Positions 8,328 through 15,908 of a DNA stretch of 64,000 bases are shown piece after piece. Origin of the DNA: Nanobdellota archaeon (GTDB lineage Archaea; Nanobdellota; Nanobdellia; Parvarchaeales; Parvarchaeaceae); contig JAKAVT010000004.1 of NCBI GenBank assembly GCA_021817165.1, forward strand, positions 1,757 to 65,756, given 5' to 3'. Within the stretch, counting starts at the first letter, position 1. Each line of letters starts with the position of its first letter. The notes beneath the pieces are model-generated. The model was not told the DNA's origin and did no database searches. It saw only the letters and a list, made by a program, of their open reading frames with translations. A program made the position numbers and the translations under genes.

Positions 8328-10997
8328 TTAGCTTACAATAGTAACGCCTGTGTAGCTGGATGAAGCAGTACTAAGGATTACCTTATTGCCTGTCAAGCTA
8401 ACTACTGGCTGACCTACTAATGATTCAGCAAGTGCTTCTGAAGCTTCAAGAGTGCCGCTTGAGCTGTAACCTGCAATCCAAAGTGCTGGCTGGTTGTTGA
8501 AACCGCTTACACTGTTGAACATTTCGATTACGGCTTCATTTGCGCCTACTCCCGTCAAATTGGTAAACTTTGTGCCATATACGGGCGCTGATAAGTTAAG
8601 CAATGTGTCTGCTAGAGTGTTTACTGCTGGACCACCAATTACAATTACTGGCACATTATTTGTTGCACCTGTGAAATTGCTGTCCAATATTGACAAGTCA
8701 GGGTTGCTGTTTATCAGACTACCTGCGTTTATCGTTGAAACGCCGCTTACGTTCAATAGTTCACCAGCGCTGACTGTCTGTCCGATAGTGTAGTTCTTCT
8801 GACCAGTAACAATCTCCGAACCTGCTACTGCTAAAGTATAGTTCTCAGTTGGTACGAAGAATTCTACTGAAAGTTTCTTAAATGTCGCGTAGTCACCCCA
8901 GGTATTTGCTGAGGTGTTTGTTGGCGACATCAAGTAAGTCGTTCCATTGCTGTATGCTTTAACGTTAGCTGTCTGTGTATTGCCCAATAAATCCGTAAAC
9001 TTAAGTATGGATCCATTGAAAGTCAATGTACCTATGTTTGCATTTGCAGTTGCCGCTGAAGTAACGTTTACTGAATTTTCAACTCCAGTTGAAGTAAATA
9101 TCCCACTGGCTCCCGGTACTATCGAATCACTAGCCAACGATAACGTAGCTACAGGTGCTTTAATACTTACGTTTCCAAGATAATCTGGTGCTAATGCTGT
9201 TCCTAATAGAAATCCTTTAACTGTAACATTATAGCCTCCATAAACCTTTGAAAATTCATGACCGCTATTGTACACAATCGATGTATTTGTTGGTGTAAGC
9301 GTATTAGATGCGTTGAAACTTATTATATGGGTTAAGTTTTCCGAAACAATCTTAGCTGTACCTGTACCAATAGAAACCGCTGCATACTGAAATCCTAAGT
9401 ATTCACCGTTTGGCAATCTGTAGAATACCAATCCTGGTGCAGTACCAGCAGCACTATAATTCAAAGTCGGTGTCAATGTAGGATAACTTGCTTTTACTGT
9501 TGCATTTGTTATTGCAAGTCCTAATATTCCTGCTGGTGCGGTCGAAAGTGAGTTAAATGCTACGGTAACGTTTTTATCGATGCCTGTGACTCCTGATGCA
9601 ACATCTCCAGGGTTTCCGTTAACCTTGTAAAGCAAGGTGTTATTTGCAAGTATGTTTGTCAACTTAACTGCAGTATCTCCCGCTACGAATGTAGTAGCGA
9701 ACATAATTTCGCTTGGTACGTTTACACTAGAAGAGAATAATGCACCAGTTCCCACTGCTATGTTAGGTACGTTGCTTGCAACGTCAAGAGTACTTGTAGC
9801 ATTCTTAACGGTTATGTTGTCGAAACCTGCTTTTCCAACAGTCAATGTGACATTAGCACCATCAATGTAAACTGGAACCAGCTTCTCCAAACTTATGCTT
9901 GTAAGGTTCTGTGGTAACTCAAAGTTGCTTGCTGCTGTAAAGCTGTGCGGTAGCATGAATCCTGCAGTGCTTGTAAGGAGAAATTCTCCTCCGGTTGAAG
10001 AATTGGTTGTTGTCATGTTGAATGAGCTCAAACCCGGTAAAACTGCAACGTGCGAACTTGAAAGGTTCTGTTTGTGTGCAATGCTTGATATTGTAAGCGT
10101 TTTCAAGTAACTACCTGTGGTATTTGTCAGAACACCTGGGCCTAAGTTGATTGTCACTGGTCCTATGGTCGTTTTAGTACTAAAGTTGACATACTGTGTT
10201 GCACTACCATTAACGCTTACTTCAAGCTGGTTGTATGAACTAGATGAAGTACTACCGGTAAAGGTTACCAATCCTTCTAAGTCAATTGAATTTGGACCCT
10301 GTGTTACTACCCCAGGTACCTTTATGTCTGAATATGTTTTAGTTGTACCGAACTGTGCTTGTGTGCTATTTAACAAAAGCAGTGACTCTGCAGTCTTACC
10401 AAATGTGTAGGTAACGTTTGCTGCTGTGTCAAACGATGTAAAAGGAACTATCGATAAGCCTAACTCATTTTTATTGCTATTTTTAGATCTGTTTACTATG
10501 TAGGACTGCAATTCGTAGGAACCTGCTGGAAACTCGACGTTTAAGCCGTTAAATGTAGCTGCTTTAGTAAACGTAAGATTTTCAACACTGGTATAGTTCT
10601 TTCCGCCAGATGTAAAGTTCGAAGCTATTAAGTTAACTGAAGGGCTGATTACAGCTAATCCAGTTCCATTGTTTTCAAAGACATTTACACTGTTTGCTTT
10701 TGAGCTAAGTGACAATGTTCCGATGGTTATCTGTCCGCTGACAGTTGAAGAATGAGTTGCTGCTGCAGCTGCTGTCAATGCTGCTGAAACGTCTATTGCG
10801 CCCAATACATCGGAAGGTGCTGCGTTTGCTCCTACTACGAAGACTGCGTTAACATGTCCATTGCTGACGAATGGCCCTGGTAAGCTGGATAATCCGCTTG
10901 CGAATACGCTCGCCATTCCTAATGTTGCTCCTACAAAAAGAGCTCCTGTTGCTACTGCTGCTAATTTTTTTACATTCCTTACTAATTTCGCTTTCAT
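8328..10997 (-). CDS. S-layer-like surface glycoprotein
   Basis: 889 aa. Signal peptide (MKAKLVRNVKKLAAVATGALFVGATLGMASVFA/SG). Thr/Ser/Asn/Val/Gly-rich with almost no Cys, and more than 30 N-x-S/T sequons by eye. A GTGAGGT Shine-Dalgarno lies at 11002..11008, 4 nt before the ATG, and a strong terminator follows the gene. Confidence 0.7.
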   Translation of the reverse strand: MKAKLVRNVKKLAAVATGALFVGATLGMASVFASGLSSLPGPFVSNGHVNAVFVVGANAAPSDVLGAIDVSAALTAAAAATHSSTVSGQITIGTLSLSSKANSVNVFENNGTGLAVISPSVNLIASNFTSGGKNYTSVENLTFTKAATFNGLNVEFPAGSYELQSYIVNRSKNSNKNELGLSIVPFTSFDTAANVTYTFGKTAESLLLLNSTQAQFGTTKTYSDIKVPGVVTQGPNSIDLEGLVTFTGSTSSSSYNQLEVSVNGSATQYVNFSTKTTIGPVTINLGPGVLTNTTGSYLKTLTISSIAHKQNLSSSHVAVLPGLSSFNMTTTNSSTGGEFLLTSTAGFMLPHSFTAASNFELPQNLTSISLEKLVPVYIDGANVTLTVGKAGFDNITVKNATSTLDVASNVPNIAVGTGALFSSSVNVPSEIMFATTFVAGDTAVKLTNILANNTLLYKVNGNPGDVASGVTGIDKNVTVAFNSLSTAPAGILGLAITNATVKASYPTLTPTLNYSAAGTAPGLVFYRLPNGEYLGFQYAAVSIGTGTAKIVSENLTHIISFNASNTLTPTNTSIVYNSGHEFSKVYGGYNVTVKGFLLGTALAPDYLGNVSIKAPVATLSLASDSIVPGASGIFTSTGVENSVNVTSAATANANIGTLTFNGSILKFTDLLGNTQTANVKAYSNGTTYLMSPTNTSANTWGDYATFKKLSVEFFVPTENYTLAVAGSEIVTGQKNYTIGQTVSAGELLNVSGVSTINAGSLINSNPDLSILDSNFTGATNNVPVIVIGGPAVNTLADTLLNLSAPVYGTKFTNLTGVGANEAVIEMFNSVSGFNNQPALWIAGYSSSGTLEASEALAESLVGQPVVSLTGNKVILSTASSSYTGVTIVS

Positions 10998-11194
10998 GTT
11001 TACCTCACATTTTACTCGGACTTAACTTATTTTAAGTGTCTAAGGCTTAGATGCCTTAACGATTTAACAAATTAGGTATTTAAAAAGGTTTCTATTTTCA
11101 TTCTTTACCAATATTGAGTGAAAAATACTTTGTTATTGCATTTTCCTCCTTACTGCTTATGATTATTTGGATATGAGTTTAAAATAGAAAGGTT

Positions 11195-11620
11195 TTACTT
11201 TTTCTCTATTTTCTTTTTTAATTCCTCTAATTGCTGTGACAGTAAGATTGTCTGGCCGGAGAATATCTTAAGTCTTTGATCCAGTTCATTCATCCTCCCT
11301 GAAAGGTCATTCAATAATGCTTGTAAATCGGTTATTGAAAGCTTTGCATCCTTTGTAGTCAAAACCTCTATCGAAGAAGGCGCATAATCCATGACAAAGC
11401 CGAATAAGTCTACAACACTGCCTTTGATCTTAAAGTCTGCAAACGAGGAATAGAATCCATCTTTTATCTCCTTCGGCTCGGCGTAGCTTTCATCCTTTAT
11501 TTCTAATTTCTTCCCGTTTTCTTCAATGTTTGAAAGTATTTTCTTTAATGAATCCATTACTGCTTCCTTTGGCTTTCCCATCAATTCTATCGTGCATTTC
11601 AATTCTATCTCTTCTTCCAT
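11195..11620 (-). CDS. Hypothetical protein with C-terminal coiled coil
   Basis: 141 aa. Acidic alpha/beta-looking N-terminal domain followed by heptad-like LNDLSGRMNELDQRLKIFSGQTILLSQQLEELKKKIEKK. Confidence 0.5.
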   Translation of the reverse strand: MEEEIELKCTIELMGKPKEAVMDSLKKILSNIEENGKKLEIKDESYAEPKEIKDGFYSSFADFKIKGSVVDLFGFVMDYAPSSIEVLTTKDAKLSITDLQALLNDLSGRMNELDQRLKIFSGQTILLSQQLEELKKKIEKK

Positions 11621-11840
11621 TTCTTATTTTAAATTAGCAAGGTATTTAACATTTTTACTTGCATTTTTTTAACGTTAATAATGGACTGAGAGATAATTCC
11701 TTAAATCAAGAATAAAACGCCTTTCATCGGCAGAAAACTTCATAATTGTAATTAAGAAATTTAACATCCTTTCATCTCCAAAGAATGGAGCTTATCCTCT
11801 GATATGATAAATTTTTATAAATGGAATTCCAGATTATAGC

Positions 11841-12398
11841 ATGGATGAAGATAAAATAGAGGCTCTTTTCAGGGAAGTTTTAAAGGAGATAGGGATAGAG
11901 GAAAACACTGAAGTATTAAAGAATACGCCGAAAAGGATCGCTAGAGCGTATAAAGAGATATTTACGGGGATGGACGACGGCAACGAGCCGAAAATAACCC
12001 TGTTTGAAAACCCTGGTTACAATGACATTCTGTCTGTAAAAGATATACCTTTCTATTCGATGTGCGAGCATCATCTTCTGCCTTTCTTCGGAACGGTTTC
12101 AATAGCTTACATCCCTGGGAAGAATATCCTAGGGCTGTCGAAATTTCCTAGGATAACAAGGTTCTTCGCAGCTAAGCCGCAGGTGCAGGAAAGGCTTACC
12201 AAGGAAATAGCGGATTTCATCAGCGAAAAGGTGAAAGCCAAGGGCGTTTTGGTCATAATAAAGGCAAGGCACATGTGCATGGAGATGCGCGGGATAAAAT
12301 CAAGGACCGCTGAGACAAGAAGTAGCGCCGTCCGTGGAGTATTCAAGGAAAGCAATGAAACTAGAGCGGAAGCCCTAAAGTTGTTACTGGAGGATTAG
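11841..12398 (+). CDS. folE: GTP cyclohydrolase I (FolE type)
   Basis: 185 aa. Active-site and Zn motif FYSMCEHHLLPFFG, plus KPQVQERLT. Confidence 0.9.
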   Translation: MDEDKIEALFREVLKEIGIEENTEVLKNTPKRIARAYKEIFTGMDDGNEPKITLFENPGYNDILSVKDIPFYSMCEHHLLPFFGTVSIAYIPGKNILGLSKFPRITRFFAAKPQVQERLTKEIADFISEKVKAKGVLVIIKARHMCMEMRGIKSRTAETRSSAVRGVFKESNETRAEALKLLLED

Positions 12399-12914
12399 AT
12401 GTCAGTAATTATAGCGATTTACATGCATATCACACCCAACGGAATGATTGCCAGGTTGGATAACGGCGATTTTTCCTCTAAACTGGCAAGAACAGATTTC
12501 CTTAAAACCATCAAAAAATACAAGGTAAACGTGATAGGAAGGAATACTTTTAATGTTGCATCAAAAAGCAGCGGTTTCCCATTGGGAGGACTGAACATCA
12601 TTGTAAGCAGGCACAAAATAAGAACAAAAAAAGAATGGAAAAATGTCATCGTGACGGACAAAAACCCCAAAGAAATAATCAAAATCATAGAGAGCAACGG
12701 ATACAAAAGTGCAATGGTGGCCGGCGGCGCTTTGGCTACAAGCTTCCTGAAAGAGGGCTTGGTAAACGAGCTTTACCTTAACGTTGAGCCGATCGTTTTC
12801 GGTAAGGGTATACCGCTATTTTCAAGCGAAAACTTTGAGAAGAAGCTAAAACTGCTGCAAGTAAAGAAATTTTCTGAGAATGAAGTAAGGCTGCATTACA
12901 AGGTTTTAAATTAG
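12399..12914 (+). CDS. RibD C-terminal / dihydrofolate-reductase-like reductase
   Basis: 171 aa. ITPNGMIARLDNG, VIGRNTF and MVAGGALATSFLKEGLVNELYLNVEPIVFGKGIPLF match the RibD_C/DHFR-like fold pattern. The ATG directly abuts the folE stop. Confidence 0.75.
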   Translation: MSVIIAIYMHITPNGMIARLDNGDFSSKLARTDFLKTIKKYKVNVIGRNTFNVASKSSGFPLGGLNIIVSRHKIRTKKEWKNVIVTDKNPKEIIKIIESNGYKSAMVAGGALATSFLKEGLVNELYLNVEPIVFGKGIPLFSSENFEKKLKLLQVKKFSENEVRLHYKVLN

Positions 12915-13015
12915 ACGAACTGATACTGATATAAAATGCTCTACCCTATCATTGTAGATTGCATTTTACTTCAAAACGGGTATTCCGCACCAAAATTAAA
13001 CGTAGACTTTTGTTC

Positions 13016-14479
13016 TTAACTATAGGTATACAAGAAAGCATTTTTACCGTTCGCTGCTAAACCCGGTATGAAAAATTCATAGCCGTTCCATGCTAAGCCT
13101 TCTCCAGGTACTCCGCCGATATTGCCAGATGTATTGTATATATTAGTGTAATTATTAGTAATTGGGTTAAACAAACTAGTAGTAAATCCGCCACCTATTG
13201 CATTCACTACAAGGAATTTAGCGCCGTCCCAAGCTATGCCCCCATTGCCCCAATTTGACAAACCTGTTAAATTGTCCAATTTAAAGCTATTATTAGCGGG
13301 GTTATATAATACTACACTAGCGCTAGAACCATGATAACTAAGAGAAGTAGGTGCATTATTATTTGCTTCTAGTATCCCATACTCAGATCCATCCCATGCA
13401 ACGCTAAGAAAGGCATTGTTATGTGATATATTTGATATGTAAGAAGTTAAACTGATTAAGCCACTTTTTTGACTATATGAAAATAATGCTGCCGATACTG
13501 GTCCTTGTGTTGTTGTATTTGGATAATACCCTGCAATTAAATAAGATACACCGTCATAAGCCATTCCCGAAGGGATAAAGTCACTACCAGACAATGCAGA
13601 TGTGAGATTTACAAACTTCCCGTTGATATATTCTATCAGGCCTGTCTTATAACCTGTAGAGGTATTATTAGATGGAGTAGCATAAGCTATCATAAAATCA
13701 TCCGGCCCTGCTACTGATGACACTACTACCCAAGGTTTATAGGAATACAACTCTGAAGAAAGATCTATTAAATTTTTAGAAACTGGATTGTACAATGCTA
13801 CAATTGGGTATCCAGTAAAATTACCTCCTGTCATTAGAACATCCGATCCATTCCATGAAGCGGAAAGTAATATTGAGTACCTAGTAAAACTAGATGCATT
13901 AGTGGTATTAAAACTGGATGGGAATGTTGTTAAATTGGCAAGGGTAGTGGGTAAAAACTCGTTATCTAACTGATATAAAGTACTATTCAATGATGAGACC
14001 GTACTGCTCAGAGATGATATTAAACTATTTTTATGAGGGATCACATAGGACAAGAGATAGCTATTGTTTAGCCTATAAAGTTGGGCCGTCTGATTAAATG
14101 CCTGCAAAGAAGAGTTAAGAGACGCTATCTCTGCAATATAGTTAGCTGCCCCATTCTGTAAGCTGCTTGCTTCTGCTTCTGCGGCAGAAAGTTTACCCTG
14201 CAAATCAACAACCTCGCTTTTATAATTTGACAGCGTATTGTTTGTTGCATTCAAACTAGAAGAAAGTGATTTAACGCTTTGAACCAGAGTAGAAACCTTG
14301 TTATTTAAAGAATTCTGAACAGTCTTGTAGGTATTTATCACAGCATTACCAGATGAAACCTGCCCATTAGCGAAAGTGTACTTTGAAGCAACCAAACCTA
14401 TTACTATAATCAAAAAAGTGACTGCCAATGCTGTAGCAGCATAATGATGTTTTATATGAACATGTTTTTGCGGTTGCAT
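13016..14479 (-). CDS. Anchored surface protein: coiled-coil stalk plus six-repeat beta-propeller-like head
   Basis: 487 aa. N-terminal TM (AATALAVTFLIIVIGLVA) and a coiled-coil-like region (SNYKSEVVDLQGKLSAAEAEASSLQ). Six repeats follow, of the form [AS]W[DN]G..[FY]..G ... L[FY]NP: SASWNGSDVL, GMAYDGVSYL, SVAWDGSEYG, GIAWDGAKFL, GLAWNGYEFF, plus one degenerate copy. Confidence 0.65.
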   Translation of the reverse strand: MQPQKHVHIKHHYAATALAVTFLIIVIGLVASKYTFANGQVSSGNAVINTYKTVQNSLNNKVSTLVQSVKSLSSSLNATNNTLSNYKSEVVDLQGKLSAAEAEASSLQNGAANYIAEIASLNSSLQAFNQTAQLYRLNNSYLLSYVIPHKNSLISSLSSTVSSLNSTLYQLDNEFLPTTLANLTTFPSSFNTTNASSFTRYSILLSASWNGSDVLMTGGNFTGYPIVALYNPVSKNLIDLSSELYSYKPWVVVSSVAGPDDFMIAYATPSNNTSTGYKTGLIEYINGKFVNLTSALSGSDFIPSGMAYDGVSYLIAGYYPNTTTQGPVSAALFSYSQKSGLISLTSYISNISHNNAFLSVAWDGSEYGILEANNNAPTSLSYHGSSASVVLYNPANNSFKLDNLTGLSNWGNGGIAWDGAKFLVVNAIGGGFTTSLFNPITNNYTNIYNTSGNIGGVPGEGLAWNGYEFFIPGLAANGKNAFLYTYS

Positions 14480-14697
14480 CTTAATTTAAGAATTAATGTA
14501 GTATATAAATGTTTATATTTTATTTGCCACCTGAATGGGGTAGTAAAAATAAAAAATATACATTGCACACTTCATAATAATAAATTGGATGATGCACATC
14601 AAAGAACAACATAAATTATCCAGATATTGCACTTCTTACAGGATTAGCACAGGTTAAAACAGATTACAAACATCAAAAGCATTAACATAATTAAAAA

Positions 14698-14768
14698 TGC
14701 GCCAACCGGGATTCGCACCCGGGTCGCTGGCTTGGGAAGCCAGAGTTATGCTGCTAGACTATTGGCGC
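14698..14768 (-). tRNA. tRNA-Gly (anticodon CCC), atypical D-arm and T-loop
   Basis: Reverse complement is GCGCCAATAGTCTAGCAGCATAACTCTGGCTTCCCAAGCCAGCGACCCGGGTGCGAATCCCGGTTGGCGCA. Perfect 7-bp acceptor stem, anticodon stem CTGGC/GCCAG with loop TTCCCAA, T-stem CCGGG/CCCGG and discriminator A. However, the T-loop is TGCGAAT (G at position 55), the D-loop has no GG, and the D-stem can form only 2-3 pairs. Confidence 0.7.
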
Positions 14769-15061
14769 GTATAACCTTAATGGCATATAAACTATAATTT
14801 GTAATAAAGAATTAAATATTATACTTTCTAGGCTTTTAATGGAAGGATCCTTTCGGAAAGCCATGTTAAACTTCTTTTTATTGGAAGACCTGAAACAAAA
14901 AGGGTTATTTGCATGGCTATGAATAACACTGCAAAACCGATTAAAAGCATGTTCGCAAACCCATTAATTTTCTCCGTCAAATACATGCTAATTGATAGCA
15001 GATGGGGATTAAAAGCTTAAAATCTTAAAACTTTTATATACAGGTATAATTTACTATTATT

Positions 15062-15571
15062 ATGGCACTTTTCAAAAAGAAAAAAGAAGAACCTGTAAAT
15101 CCATATTATAAGGAAAGCAACCTCAAGCCGGTTGCTTCTGAAAACGCTGCTCAAAATGCCAATACTGCTAACATGGCCGCTGAAAACGCTAAAAACGGCC
15201 AGCAGATGCAGATAAACCCGCAGCCACCGAAACAAGGCTATTCAATTCCGCTTATACCTATGCCTAACGTGAAGGTGCCGGACATAAATCTGCAGCCAGT
15301 AAGATCCGCTGGAATAAGCGTACTTGATGCATTGAGGATGGAATCGAACAGCAAATCCATAGCATTCATAAAAATGAGCGACTTCAAAAAAGTACTAGAT
15401 GACATCAAAGAATTGGAAAAGAGAATAACGCAGTCGCAGGCCGACTTGGAAAATTATTCTAGAGCATTGGATACTCAAAGAGATTACGTAAAGAATTACA
15501 ATCTACTTATACAGGACATGAGAAAAATGATTGAAAGGATGTCAACATATCTTTCAAACGTAGAGGAATAA
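15062..15571 (+). CDS. Hypothetical protein: low-complexity N-terminal half, coiled-coil C-terminal half
   Basis: 169 aa. Begins MALFKKKKEEP, then a Q/N/P/A-rich linker, then helical heptad-like DDIKELEKRITQSQADLENYSRALDTQRDYVKNYNLLIQDMRKMIERM. Confidence 0.5.
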   Translation: MALFKKKKEEPVNPYYKESNLKPVASENAAQNANTANMAAENAKNGQQMQINPQPPKQGYSIPLIPMPNVKVPDINLQPVRSAGISVLDALRMESNSKSIAFIKMSDFKKVLDDIKELEKRITQSQADLENYSRALDTQRDYVKNYNLLIQDMRKMIERMSTYLSNVEE

Positions 15572-15572
15572 A

Positions 15573-15908
15573 TTGACAAAGGAAGAAATAGACATTGACC
15601 TTTTCAGAAAGCTTGACTTAAAAGTCGGAAAGATAGTGGAGGCAGAGGACGTAGAAAAAAGCAACAAGCTCATAAAGCTGAAGGTTTCTTTGGGTGGCAG
15701 GGAAAAGACGATTCTCAGCGGGATACGGAAAGCTTACAAAAGCAGGGACCTCGTCGGAAAGAAGGTAATACTGATTGATAATTTAAAGCCTGCGATGATT
15801 ATGGGCTTAGAATCCCAAGGCATGCTGTTGGCTGCTTCCGATGAAGAAGGAAACCTTTCACTGTTGACAGTAGACAAGGACATTAAAGAAGGCAGTTCTA
15901 TATCCTAG
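15573..15908 (+). CDS. Stand-alone tRNA-binding OB-fold protein (Trbp111/EMAP-like)
   Basis: 111 aa. LDLKVGKIVEAEDVEKSNKLIKLKVSLGG...GKKVILIDNLKPAMIMGLESQGMLLAA is the MetRS-C/Trbp111 pattern. TTG start lies 1 nt after the preceding stop. Confidence 0.8.
   Translation: MTKEEIDIDLFRKLDLKVGKIVEAEDVEKSNKLIKLKVSLGGREKTILSGIRKAYKSRDLVGKKVILIDNLKPAMIMGLESQGMLLAASDEEGNLSLLTVDKDIKEGSSIS

Noticed and set aside
8494-10410. Five + strand ORFs (8494..8793, 8947..9183, 9637..9870, 9895..10110, 10117..10410) inside the S-layer-like gene
   Set aside because: All lie antisense within one uninterrupted 889-codon minus-strand gene that has a signal peptide, SD and terminator. Their translations are low-complexity mirror images, typical of shadow ORFs.
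11720-11776. 9-nt direct repeat CCTTTCATC (11720..11728 and 11768..11776) and a small hairpin upstream of folE, considered as a riboswitch or operator
   Set aside because: The folE TATA-like box (about 11811..11822) sits close enough to the ATG for a leaderless transcript, so the repeats would lie upstream of the mRNA. A 9-nt repeat in a 220-bp spacer is weak evidence by itself.
14840-14880. Near-palindromic hairpin GGCTTTTAATGGAAGGATCCTTTCGGAAAGCC and a 27-aa ORF between tRNA-Gly and 15062
   Set aside because: It is an isolated imperfect stem with no flanking promoter or terminator signals I could support, and the ORF is too short and unsupported.
15905-15908. Convergent 4-nt overlap of the Trbp111-like gene and xpd at a CCTAGG palindrome
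   Set aside because: Both stop codons (TAG on each strand) fall in the palindrome. This is a by-product of genome compaction rather than a regulatory site.
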